The notes under the pieces are model-generated. The model saw nothing but the letters and a program-made list of their open reading frames with translations, did not search any database and was not told the DNA's origin. From a virus, in UHGV virus genome UHGV-0217160: a stretch of 15,042 nucleotides of DNA; one strand, written 5' to 3'. Position 1 is the first letter of the stretch; every line of letters starts with the position of its first letter. This document shows, piece after piece, positions 1 through 11,615 of the stretch. The position numbers were made by a program, and so were the translations under genes.

Positions 1-3620
<3,620 letters not shown>

Positions 3621-3640
<20 letters not shown>

Positions 3641-4940
3641 TCTCCCGCATATTGCCAGCATGGCCTTTAATGAGCCGCTGATGCTTGAACCCGCCTATGC
3701 GCGGGTTTTCTTTTGTGCGCTTGCAGGCCAGCTTGGGATCAGCCGCCTGACGGATGCGGTGTCCGGCGACAGCCTGACTGCCCAGGAGGCACTCGCGACG
3801 CTGGCATTATCCGGTGATGATGACGGACCACGACAGGCCCGCAGTTATCAGGTCATGAACGGCATCGCCGTGCTGCCGGTGTCCGGCACGCTGGTCAGCC
3901 GGACGCGGGCGCTGCAGCCGTACTCGGGGATGACCGGTTACAACGGCATTATCGCCCGTCTGCAACAGGCTGCCAGCGATCCGATGGTGGACGGCATTCT
4001 GCTCGATATGGACACGCCCGGCGGGATGGTGGCGGGGGCATTTGACTGCGCTGACATCATCGCCCGTGTGCGTGACATAAAACCGGTATGGGCGCTTGCC
4101 AACGACATGAACTGCAGTGCAGGTCAGTTGCTTGCCAGTGCCGCCTCCCGGCGTCTGGTCACGCAGACCGCCCGGACAGGCTCCATCGGCGTCATGATGG
4201 CTCACAGTAATTACGGTGCTGCGCTGGAGAAACAGGGTGTGGAAATCACGCTGATTTACAGCGGCAGCCATAAGGTGGATGGCAACCCCTACAGCCATCT
4301 TCCGGATGACGTCCGGGAGACACTGCAGTCCCGGATGGATGCAACCCGCCGGATGTTTGCGCAGAAGGTGTCGGCATATACCGGCCTGTCCGTGCAGGCT
4401 GTGCTGGATACCGAGGCTGCAGTGTACAGCGGTCAGGAGGCCATTGATGCCGGACTGGCTGATGAACTTGTTAACAGCACCGATGCGATCACCGTCATGC
4501 GTGATGCACTGGATGCACGTAAATCCCGTCTCTCAGGAGGGCGAATGACCAAAGAGACTCAATCAACAACTGTTTCAGCCACTGCTTCGCAGGCTGACGT
4601 TACTGACGTGGTGCCAGCGACGGAGGGCGAGAACGCCAGCGCGGCGCAGCCGGACGTGAACGCGCAGATCACCGCAGCGGTTGCGGCAGAAAACAGCCGC
4701 ATTATGGGGATCCTCAATTGTGAGGAGGCTCACGGACGCGAAGAACAGGCACGCGTGCTGGCAGAAACCCCCGGTATGACCGTGAAAACGGCCCGCCGCA
4801 TTCTGGCCGCAGCACCACAGAGTGCACAGGCGCGCAGTGACACTGCGCTGGATCGTCTGATGCAGGGGGCACCGGCACCGCTGGCTGCAGGTAACCCGGC
4901 ATCTGATGCCGTTAACGATTTGCTGAACACACCAGTGTAA
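3621..4940 (+). CDS. C: Capsid maturation protease / minor capsid protein C-type (S49/ClpP-like), GTG start
   Basis: The ORF track opens at 3507, but the lambda C N-terminus (TAELRNLPHIASMAFNEP...) begins at GTG 3621, preceded by GAGGAGAAGA. The C-terminal part is the Ala/Gln-rich scaffold-like region. Stop TAA at 4938-4940. Confidence 0.85.
4335..4940 (+). CDS. Nu3: Scaffolding protein Nu3-type (in-frame internal start within C)
   Basis: In-frame ATG at 4335 (MDATRRMFAQKVSAYTG...) sits where lambda Nu3 starts inside the 3' part of C. Called from established lambda gene organisation, not from an independent signal in the sequence. Confidence 0.5.
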   Translation: MDATRRMFAQKVSAYTGLSVQAVLDTEAAVYSGQEAIDAGLADELVNSTDAITVMRDALDARKSRLSGGRMTKETQSTTVSATASQADVTDVVPATEGENASAAQPDVNAQITAAVAAENSRIMGILNCEEAHGREEQARVLAETPGMTVKTARRILAAAPQSAQARSDTALDRLMQGAPAPLAAGNPASDAVNDLLNTPV

Positions 4941-4949
4941 GGGATGTTT

Positions 4950-5282
4950 ATGACGAGCAAAGAAACCTTTACCCATTACCAGCCGCTGGGCAACAGTGAC
5001 CCGGCTCATACCGCAACCGCGCCCGGCGGATTGAGTGCGAAAGCGCCTGCAATGACCCCGCTGATGCTGGACACCTCCAGCCGTAAGCTGGTTGCGTGGG
5101 ATGGCACCACCGACGGTGCTGCCGTTGGCATTCTTGCGGTTGCTGCTGACCAGACCAGCACCACGCTGACGTTCTACAAGTCCGGCACGTTCCGTTATGA
5201 GGATGTGCTCTGGCCGGAGGCTGCCAGCGACGAGACGAAAAAACGGACCGCGTTTGCCGGAACGGCAATCAGCATCGTTTAA
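4950..5282 (+). CDS. D: Head decoration protein, lambda gpD-type
   Basis: [110 protein letters not shown]. The ORF track starts two codons earlier at 4944; the lambda-type start is the second ATG. Confidence 0.9.
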   Translation: MTSKETFTHYQPLGNSDPAHTATAPGGLSAKAPAMTPLMLDTSSRKLVAWDGTTDGAAVGILAVAADQTSTTLTFYKSGTFRYEDVLWPEAASDETKKRTAFAGTAISIV

Positions 5283-5302
5283 CCTTACCCTTCATCACTA
5301 AA

Positions 5303-5324
5303 GGCCGCCTGTGCGGCTTTTTTT
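5303..5324 (+). terminator. D-E intergenic GC hairpin followed by a T7 run (terminator/attenuator-like)
   Basis: GGCCGC-CTGT-GCGGC stem-loop at 5303-5317 followed by TTTTTTT (5318-5324), between the D stop and the E start. Confidence 0.4.
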
Positions 5325-5337
5325 ACGGGATTTTTTT

Positions 5338-5613
5338 ATGTCGATGTACACAACCGCCCAGCTGCTGGCGGCAAATGAGCAGAAATTTAAGTTTGATCCG
5401 CTGTTTCTGCGTCTCTTTTTCCGTGAGAGCTATCCCTTCACTACGGAGAAAGTCTATCTCTCACAAATTCCGGGACTGGTAAACATGGCGCTGTACGTTT
5501 CGCCGATTGTTTCCGGTGAGGTTATCCGTTCCCGTGGCGGCTCCACCTCTGAATTTACGCCGGGATATGTCAAACCCAAGCACTTAGCATGGCTTTCTGA
5601 GGCTTTCGTGTAG
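5338..5613 (+). pseudogene. E: Major capsid protein E (lambda-type), truncated after codon 82 and fused to 9 unrelated codons
   Basis: MSMYTTAQLLAANEQKFKFDPLFLRLFFRESYPFTTEKVYLSQIPGLVNMALYVSPIVSGEVIRSRGGSTSEFTPGYVKPKH matches the lambda E N-terminus, then LAWLSEAFV-stop. Full-length E is ~341 aa, so about 75% of the gene is missing. The break coincides with the start of the island. Confidence 0.85.
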
Positions 5614-5745
5614 TTGCTGGTTTTTACACTTAATCTTTTGATAATAAAGAATAAGTTTATCTGGCGCTTTCACTGAATTTTCCTCGTTATCTGTGTGTTG
5701 CAATCATCTCTGTATTGCAGCTTGTATTGCTTTTTGGGGCTAAAA

Positions 5746-6981
5746 ATGGCTGGCGAGAACAAACTGAGCGACAAAGCGCTTAAAGGATATCTGGGGAAAC
5801 CCAGAGAAAAGCAGATCACCATTGCTGATGGAAAGGGGCTTTCTATTCGTGTGAGTACCAAGGGGGCTGTGAGCTTTGTTTTCTTCTACAGGTTAGCAGG
5901 TGGCCGGGCTGCTCCGGTCTGGCTAACGTTGGGTAAATATCCTGATATGTCACTCAAACAGGCAAGGGAAAAGCGCGACGAGTGCCGTGGTTGGTTGGCT
6001 GACAAACGTGATCCGCGTATCCAGATTAAGATTCAGGCTGAAGAACGCTTAAAGCCGGTCACAGTGGAGGATGCACTAAATTACTGGTATGAAAATTACT
6101 GTAAGGTGCGTCGTAAAACTCATGCTGTAACGCTTGGCAGATTTCGAAAGCATATCTTTCCCTATATCGGTCATTTGCCCGTAAATGACACTCACCTATA
6201 TGAATGGCTGGACTGTTTTGACCGAATTAAACGTAATGCACCAGTTATGGCGGCGTATGTTTTTTCTGACACTAAATTAGCTCTTCGTTTTTGTCGGGTA
6301 CGCCAGTACGCGACGTGTGATGCTTTAAAGGATTTGCGCATGAGTGATGTGGGGCAGATTGCAGGTAAGCGGGATCGGGTTCTGGATGAAGCCGAACTCG
6401 GCCAGCTCTGGAAGGCAATTTTTGTCGAGCCTGATTTAAAACTAATGTCTGAATACACGCGAAAAATGTTTGTGCTTTGTACAGTATTTGGATGTCGAAT
6501 GAGTGAAGCCCGATTATCAGAATGGAGCGAATGGGATCTCGAAAGTTGGGTTTGGACTGTACCAAAAGATCACTCAAAAACTGGTGTTGAAATCGTCAGA
6601 CCAGTACCTGAAATTCTACGACAGTGGGTAACGGATGTTCACGAAGAGACAAAACATACTGGTTATGTGCTGGGAAGTCTGCGAATTAGAGAAAGCGTAA
6701 GCAAGATTGGGGGGAAAATCGGTAAACGTTTGGGCCATGAAAAACAATGGTCACTACACGACCTTAGAAGAACGCTATCTACTCATCTAAGTGATCTCGG
6801 TGTTGAATTTTATGTAGTAGAACAACTGTTAGGCCATGCGCTACCTGGCGTGGCGGGTGTTTATAACCGGAGTAAGTTTATGGCTAAAAAACTGGATGCT
6901 CTGGAACTCTGGACTACATATCTCAATAGCATCGCAGGTGCTGATTCAAAAGTGACAATCCTCAAACAAAAGGCTGGTTAA
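5746..6981 (+). CDS. int: Tyrosine integrase, P4-type (N-terminal arm-binding domain plus C-terminal catalytic domain)
   Basis: MAGENKLSDKALKGYLGKPREKQITIADGKGLSIRVSTKGAVSFVFFYRLAGG... is a typical P4-family integrase N-terminus. The C-terminal region contains HDLRRT...LGH...GVYNRS, consistent with the R-H-R-Y catalytic set. The ORF track start at 5695 is a 5' extension. Confidence 0.9.
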   Translation: MAGENKLSDKALKGYLGKPREKQITIADGKGLSIRVSTKGAVSFVFFYRLAGGRAAPVWLTLGKYPDMSLKQAREKRDECRGWLADKRDPRIQIKIQAEERLKPVTVEDALNYWYENYCKVRRKTHAVTLGRFRKHIFPYIGHLPVNDTHLYEWLDCFDRIKRNAPVMAAYVFSDTKLALRFCRVRQYATCDALKDLRMSDVGQIAGKRDRVLDEAELGQLWKAIFVEPDLKLMSEYTRKMFVLCTVFGCRMSEARLSEWSEWDLESWVWTVPKDHSKTGVEIVRPVPEILRQWVTDVHEETKHTGYVLGSLRIRESVSKIGGKIGKRLGHEKQWSLHDLRRTLSTHLSDLGVEFYVVEQLLGHALPGVAGVYNRSKFMAKKLDALELWTTYLNSIAGADSKVTILKQKAG

Positions 6982-6982
6982 C

Positions 6983-7207
6983 ATGAAAAAAATGGCAATT
7001 GTTGATAAAAAGGGTCTGGAGTACAATCCTAACATCGATCGTATGATCCGTGAGAAAGAATGTCGGGAGCTAACCACTCTTGCGAACAGCACACGCTGGA
7101 AGCTGGAGAAGGAAGGAAAATTTCCTAAGCGGATCAAGATTGGTGCTACAGCTGTGGCGTATCGCCTCTCTGAAATTCAGGCATGGATTAAAGGGGATTG
7201 GAAGTAA
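6983..7207 (+). CDS. alpA: AlpA-family (Phage_AlpA / MerR-like HTH) transcriptional regulator
   Basis: 74 aa; RELTTLANSTRWKLEKEGKFPKRIKIGATAVAYRLSEIQAWI matches the AlpA helix-turn-helix-wing signature. It lies 1 nt after the int stop, the conserved int-alpA arrangement of P4-like elements and Gram-negative PICIs. Confidence 0.85.
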   Translation: MKKMAIVDKKGLEYNPNIDRMIREKECRELTTLANSTRWKLEKEGKFPKRIKIGATAVAYRLSEIQAWIKGDWK

Positions 7208-7239
7208 TTTTAATTATTTTTTATACGGTAGGAATAAGA

Positions 7240-7995
7240 GTGGACTATATAAGCGAAGTTGTTTTGGATAAAGTTGTGAATGAACTTGCAACAAGGGCTA
7301 AAAATGCAAGGAGAGCAAGGGCTCTAATAGGTATGACTATAATTTCTGTGGCCGTAATTCTTTCTGCGTTTATTTCCTATAGACTAACTGATGACTTTTC
7401 ATTAAAAGGGTTTAGAAGTGGTTTGTTCGCTTCTACAATTTCAAATGGATTCAATGATACATCGGGAATACGTGAAGCGTTTAATCTGGAACTATTAAAT
7501 GTATTTCCAGAAACATCGAAGAGTGATTCGATTGCCAAGTTGTTTTCTCAATTAGATGGAGGAACTCCTCAGTCTAGTGGTGAAAATGAAGTATTAAAAA
7601 AAATTACTAAGGAAGAGAAAGACGAAGCTCTTTCTTATGTAAGTAAATTGGTTGATTACTATGTCAAAGTTGCCGCAGCTGAAAATGGACGTCCGGTTAA
7701 CAAAACAGATAATACATATAGTAGTTTGATTAGTTCATTAGCTCTTTCAGCAGGTGCTGTCGGATTTGTATTATATATCTTACAGATAGCAGTTAGTTTT
7801 GTGCGTTATTACTCTAGACTGGCTGAGTTATATGACTCTCAACGGACTGCGTTAATTGCATCTGACGGCAATGTCGAAACGGCAAAAATACTTATGGATA
7901 TATTATCAAATGATCATGTCGGTTTGGGAAAAGAACCAACTACTTTATATGGAAAAGCATTAGATGTAATTGGCGAGGTTGCAAAGTCAAAATAA
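7240..7995 (+). CDS. Hypothetical membrane protein with two predicted transmembrane helices (AT-rich cargo gene)
   Basis: Open frame 7198-7995. Likely start is GTG 7240 preceded by TAGGA (a TTG at 7198 is the alternative). Hydrophobic segments MTIISVAVILSAFISY and LISSLALSAGAVGFVLYILQIAVSFV flank a ~115-aa hydrophilic loop. Hand-counted sample lines are about 35% G+C against about 60% in the lambda-type genes. No recognisable family. Confidence 0.6.
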   Translation: MDYISEVVLDKVVNELATRAKNARRARALIGMTIISVAVILSAFISYRLTDDFSLKGFRSGLFASTISNGFNDTSGIREAFNLELLNVFPETSKSDSIAKLFSQLDGGTPQSSGENEVLKKITKEEKDEALSYVSKLVDYYVKVAAAENGRPVNKTDNTYSSLISSLALSAGAVGFVLYILQIAVSFVRYYSRLAELYDSQRTALIASDGNVETAKILMDILSNDHVGLGKEPTTLYGKALDVIGEVAKSK

Positions 7996-8019
7996 TACTT
8001 GCGAAGGGGGGCGTTTTTG

Positions 8020-8220
8020 ATGTCCCTCCTGTATATTTATCGAGAGGAAAAATATAATTTATTTGGTTGTGGTTTTACTTTTAAATATATGGTGGACCAT
8101 TATTGCTCAAGGTTTTTATACATGGCTTGTAACTTAAAGACTTTCTGTCAACCCCGTACTTTGAAATCTGCACGGTCGCATTCCGTAATTGTTCTTTGTC
8201 GTTCTTGCGAGGTGTGGTGA
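8020..8220 (+). CDS. Possible small Cys-rich ORF (66 aa) downstream of the 2-TM gene
   Basis: ATG at 8020 preceded by AAGGGGGG (spacing 8). Product MSLLYIYREEKYNLFGCGFTFKYMVDHYCSRFLYMACNLKTFCQPRTLKSARSHSVIVLCRSCEVW has 6 Cys. It lies in AT-rich DNA where chance ORFs are easy, so low confidence. Confidence 0.2.
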   Translation: MSLLYIYREEKYNLFGCGFTFKYMVDHYCSRFLYMACNLKTFCQPRTLKSARSHSVIVLCRSCEVW

Positions 8221-8268
8221 TACATCTCTCATGTCAGTTGTTTTTTGACCGTGGGAACATAAAACAAA

Positions 8269-8287
8269 GGCGACAAGAATAGTCGCC
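8269..8287 (-). terminator. Candidate intrinsic terminator for the leftward RHH-SWIM operon
   Basis: GGCGAC-aagaata-GTCGCC stem-loop. On the minus strand it is followed by a U-rich run (complement of 8255-8268 AACATAAAACAAAG), about 70 nt beyond the SWIM gene stop. Confidence 0.35.
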
Positions 8288-8356
8288 AGTGGCATAACAC
8301 TAAACTTAAGCGTATTCAGAATACCAAGTTGTAGGCTGATGGAAAATAGAATTAGT

Positions 8357-8713
8357 TCAATATTTAGGTGGTTCTACAAGAGCGTTTATCATTGCTCTCA
8401 AATTATCTCGGACACTTATCCAAGTCTGTTCTGCTCGTTCTAATTCATCAGTGTACAGCTTTAATGTTTTATCTATGCCATATGTGGCTATTAAATTTAT
8501 AGCTTCTTGTAACTTTTCGGGGTTATTCCTTCTTGGGGGCGTAAATATACCTCGGATTTTTCCGGTGATTAAAGCTTTACGGTGTCTGCATAGAATACCT
8601 TTACTTCCAGCAGGACAATTACAAGTCATGATTAGCGAGCCAGAATCGTTTGATACAGTGACTATGTATACATCCAAACTACTGCTACTTGTTGCGAAGA
8701 ATTCGTATTTCAT
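8357..8713 (-). CDS. SWIM-type zinc-finger protein (hypothetical)
   Basis: 118 aa; contains C-N-C-PAGSKGIL-C-R-H (CxC-x8-CxH), the SWIM zinc-finger signature. Strong SD (AAGGAG, 8 nt upstream on the minus strand). Sits 27 nt downstream of the RHH gene in the same orientation. Confidence 0.6.
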   Translation of the reverse strand: MKYEFFATSSSSLDVYIVTVSNDSGSLIMTCNCPAGSKGILCRHRKALITGKIRGIFTPPRRNNPEKLQEAINLIATYGIDKTLKLYTDELERAEQTWISVRDNLRAMINALVEPPKY

Positions 8714-8740
8714 GTTTTAGCTCCTTGAATTCAGGTATTC

Positions 8741-8935
8741 TTATCCTTTTGGTTCAATTCCGCGACGTAGCAGCTCTTTGCGCCCTAATTCTTTAAGCCA
8801 GTTGGCTAGGCTTACCCCATCGTTACTGGCTTCGTTATCAAACTGCTCCTTCAATTCAGGAACTATGCGCATATGGAACGGTGGGGCCTTTCCTGTGCCT
8901 TTTGGTTTTTTATCGCGCTTAATAATCGTTGACAT
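8741..8935 (-). CDS. Arc/Mnt-like ribbon-helix-helix DNA-binding protein (candidate repressor)
   Basis: 64 aa; PPFHMRIVPELKEQF followed by ASNDGVSLANWLKELGRKEL parallels the Arc repressor beta-strand and helix A (PQFNLRWPREVLDLV...ENGRSVNSEIYQRV). Its start codon abuts the palindromic operators. Confidence 0.65.
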   Translation of the reverse strand: MSTIIKRDKKPKGTGKAPPFHMRIVPELKEQFDNEASNDGVSLANWLKELGRKELLRRGIEPKG

Positions 8936-8991
8936 GTGTACACCTATAGCGTTATGTTTTTATTCGATAGGTGTACACCTTAACACGTGTG
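8934..8991. promoter_or_regulatory. Divergent control region with two copies of a 12-bp palindromic operator (core GTGTACAC) plus an ACACGTGT palindrome
   Basis: ATGTGTACACCT at 8934-8945 (one mismatch from perfect) and the perfect palindrome AGGTGTACACCT at 8969-8980, centres 35 bp apart; ACACGTGT at 8984-8991. Located between the leftward RHH gene and the rightward small-ORF/primase operon. Confidence 0.5.
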
Positions 8992-9074
8992 CATTTAAAA
9001 ACGCAACGCCCCGCAGTGCGGGAACACATGCAGGGCGTCTAACCACCAACGATAGCAACAGTATCGAGGTAGCT

Positions 9075-9278
9075 ATGAGAAATCATACCACACACCCGCA
9101 AGGGCGGGACTCGCACAACCTGAATAAATACATCTGGCGTTTTATCGCCCTGAGCACCGCACAACCACGCGTAATACACATCGAGGCCGCCAGCGAACAG
9201 GAAGCCCGACTGCAATCCCCAACTGGCTACGTGATGATATTCGCCGCCCGTATTCGTCAGGAGGTGTGCCATGAATGA
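9075..9278 (+). CDS. Hypothetical protein (68 aa), first gene of the primase operon
   Basis: ATG 9075 with GAGG 6 nt upstream. The stop overlaps the next start (ATGAATGA). The track's 8778-9278 ORF is a 5' over-extension running antisense through the RHH gene. Confidence 0.45.
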   Translation: MRNHTTHPQGRDSHNLNKYIWRFIALSTAQPRVIHIEAASEQEARLQSPTGYVMIFAARIRQEVCHE

Positions 9279-9495
9279 TCTTTATTTTAAAGTGCTGACA
9301 CATGCTGAAAACGCGCTCGTTTGTGGCAAAAATATGCGAGAAATCTTATCAACCTGGCTTGATGGGACAACAAATGCGGAACACGATGAACGGGATGCTA
9401 ATTTAGCTGGAGCGTTAATTACGTTACTTGATCCTGTCATCAAAGAGCTGGATGAAGCTATAAAAATACACGACCAGAGCTATACCGGAGAATAA
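9271..9495 (+). CDS. Hypothetical protein (74 aa)
   Basis: ATG 9271 with AGGAGG 8 nt upstream; translationally coupled to both neighbours. No family recognised. Confidence 0.55.
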   Translation: MNDLYFKVLTHAENALVCGKNMREILSTWLDGTTNAEHDERDANLAGALITLLDPVIKELDEAIKIHDQSYTGE

Positions 9496-9497
9496 AA

Positions 9498-9785
9498 ATG
9501 AAAAATAAATTTTCTGGCTTTATTGCCAGCGGTCAAACTCATTCAAAAATCAGCCTTGGGGATATTTTCAAAGATAGCTATGGCTATCGGGTAAAGATTA
9601 TTTCGGTTGATGATCGCCGTGTCTCTTATTTGCGTGATGGTTATGATTTTGAATGTGTTATGCCGCGTCAGCAGTTCGAAAGAGATTTCATTCTGGTAAA
9701 AAATTGCAAGACAGATAATCAGAGGCGTTCCGCAGGCTATATCCGCAAAATTCGGGCAATGTTAGTTGCCGGAGGTAACAAATGA
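9498..9785 (+). CDS. Hypothetical protein (95 aa)
   Basis: ATG 9498 with GGAGA upstream; stop overlaps the primase start (ATGA). No family recognised. Confidence 0.55.
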   Translation: MKNKFSGFIASGQTHSKISLGDIFKDSYGYRVKIISVDDRRVSYLRDGYDFECVMPRQQFERDFILVKNCKTDNQRRSAGYIRKIRAMLVAGGNK

Positions 9786-11602
9786 AACGTGCTCCGAACT
9801 TAAAATACCAACCGCGCGACAAAATGACAGAAGTCATCATTTTTGCTGGCAGTGATGCCTGGAGCCATGCAAAAGAATGGAATGAATGGGCGGGTAAGCA
9901 TATTGCAGCAGATGATACACCACCAGTAATTCTGGGTACGGAACAACTGGAAAACCTGGATGATATGCAAATTATCGATGAAGGCCGTCATTATGTGCGT
10001 GTTTATCGTGCCGGAAAGATCGCAGAGAAAAATCTGACGAAGGTTGCGACATTACTTGCTATTGCAGGCGTAAAGGAAGCACGTTGTTACCGTAGCTTTG
10101 TTGATCGAGAGCCTGAAAACTGGACTCCGCGCCTTGTCGGCCTAAAAGCTGAAGCGGAGCATGGGGAAAGTCTGGTGATTGAACTGCCAGTGAAGAAGGC
10201 TGAGCGCAAAAATGACGAGCGTGCTTCATCTTTGGCGTTGAATCAGATGGGGGCCAGCCAGCGCGGTGAAGTTCTCCTTGCACATTACGGCGGCGAACTG
10301 GCAATCAATGCCGACTCTGACACCGTTCATCATTACAACGGCGTTGTATGGGAGCCGGTTCAGGATAAAGAGTTACAGCGTGCTATGGCGCAGATTTTCA
10401 TTGATGCGGAGATCAGCTATTCGCAGAACGCCATTAAATCGGCGGTAGATACCATGAAGTTAAGTTTGCCTGTAATGGGGAATACAGCCCGTAACCTGAT
10501 TGGATTCAGTAACGGGGTATTTGATACCAGAACTGGTAATTTTCGGGAGCATAACAAAAACGACTGGTTGTTAATTGCCAGTGAATTACCTTTCAGCCCA
10601 CCAGCAGAGGGGGAAACGCTGGCAACACATGCGCCGAATTTCTGGAAGTGGTTGCGCCGTTCGGTGGCTGAGAATGACCGCAAGGCAGATCGCGTACTGG
10701 CGGCATTATTCATGGTGCTGGCGAACCGGTACGACTGGCAGTTATTCATTGAGGTAACAGGGCCGGGGGGAAGTGGTAAAAGTGTGATGGCGGAGATTTG
10801 CACCATGCTGGCGGGTAAGGCTAATACAGTATCAGCAAGCATGAAGGCGCTGGAAGATGCAAGGGAACGTGCGTTAGTGGTTGGCTTTTCGCTGATTATC
10901 ATGCCGGATATGACCCGCTACGCTGGTGATGGGGCAGGGATTAAGGCCATTACAGGCGGTGACAAGGTGGCAATTGACCCGAAACACAAAGCCCCCTATT
11001 CAACGCGTATTCCGGCAGTAGTGCTGGCGGTTAACAATAACGCCATGTCATTCAGTGACCGCAGCGGGGGGATCTCACGTCGTCGGGTGATATTCAATTT
11101 TTCGGAAGTTGTACCGGAGAACGAACGCGATTCGATGCTGGCGGAAAAAATAGAAGGTGAGCTGGCGGTAGTGATTCGTCATCTGCTTACACGGTTTGCT
11201 GATCAGGACGAAGCCAGACGCCTGTTATATGAGCAGCAGAAATCTGAAGAAGCACTGGCGATAAAGCGAGAGGGGGATTCGCTGGTGGACTTCTGCGGCT
11301 ATCTCATGGCATCGGTAATGTGTGATGGCCTGTTAGTGGGTAATGCTGAAATTGTGCCATTCAGCCCACGCAGGTATCTCTATCATGCCTATCTGGCTTA
11401 TATGAGGGCACATGGGTTTGGTAAACCTGTAACACTGACGCGCTTCGGTAAAGATATGCCGGGGGCAATGGCGGAATATGGCAGGGAGTATATGAAACGG
11501 AAAACGAAGCACGGTTTGCGTTCAAACGTGACACTGACGGAGGAATCAGAAGACTGGATGCCATCATGTGTATCGGTCACTAATGACGATAGCAAAAATT
11601 AA
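9782..11602 (+). CDS. Phage/plasmid primase-helicase, P4-family (D5/SF3-type NTPase domain)
   Basis: 606 aa; Walker A GPGGSGKSV and a Walker-B-like hydrophobic stretch ending in D (LIIMPDM). Size and position (after int/alpA, immediately before the iteron ori) match the pri/rep gene of P4-like elements and PICIs. Confidence 0.85.
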   Translation: MKRAPNLKYQPRDKMTEVIIFAGSDAWSHAKEWNEWAGKHIAADDTPPVILGTEQLENLDDMQIIDEGRHYVRVYRAGKIAEKNLTKVATLLAIAGVKEARCYRSFVDREPENWTPRLVGLKAEAEHGESLVIELPVKKAERKNDERASSLALNQMGASQRGEVLLAHYGGELAINADSDTVHHYNGVVWEPVQDKELQRAMAQIFIDAEISYSQNAIKSAVDTMKLSLPVMGNTARNLIGFSNGVFDTRTGNFREHNKNDWLLIASELPFSPPAEGETLATHAPNFWKWLRRSVAENDRKADRVLAALFMVLANRYDWQLFIEVTGPGGSGKSVMAEICTMLAGKANTVSASMKALEDARERALVVGFSLIIMPDMTRYAGDGAGIKAITGGDKVAIDPKHKAPYSTRIPAVVLAVNNNAMSFSDRSGGISRRRVIFNFSEVVPENERDSMLAEKIEGELAVVIRHLLTRFADQDEARRLLYEQQKSEEALAIKREGDSLVDFCGYLMASVMCDGLLVGNAEIVPFSPRRYLYHAYLAYMRAHGFGKPVTLTRFGKDMPGAMAEYGREYMKRKTKHGLRSNVTLTEESEDWMPSCVSVTNDDSKN

Positions 11603-11615
11603 ACTTATGGAATAA

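Noticed and set aside
5560-5590. E breakpoint falls at the GYVKPK motif that is also conserved in the island E-like protein (GYMKPK), suggesting homologous recombination between the two capsid genes
   Set aside because: The nucleotide sequences at the two motifs differ, and the sequence following the E breakpoint is the int-proximal AT-rich region, not E-like coding sequence. No support for an E/E-like crossover.
5584-5760. tRNA gene or att core next to the integrase
   Set aside because: No cloverleaf-compatible sequence or conserved tRNA 3' end is visible in the 160 bp upstream of int or in the 60 bp before cosQ. Absence is noted in the findings, not called as a feature.
7999-8356. Plus-strand terminator after the small Cys-rich ORF (ACAT...ATGT weak stem followed by T6 near 8225-8248)
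   Set aside because: The stem is only ~4 bp and AT-rich, too weak to call. The better-formed hairpin at 8269-8287 fits the minus-strand operon instead.
8778-9278. 166-aa plus-strand ORF spanning the RHH gene and the divergent control region
   Set aside because: The first ~100 codons run antisense through the RHH gene and across the operator palindromes. Only the last 68 codons (9075-9278), which have their own SD and are coupled to the downstream genes, were kept as a low-confidence CDS.
9800-10902. Minus-strand ORFs inside the primase gene (9800-9991, 10059-10304, 10417-10902)
   Set aside because: Antisense to a well-supported primase/helicase ORF with Walker motifs, with no independent start signals.
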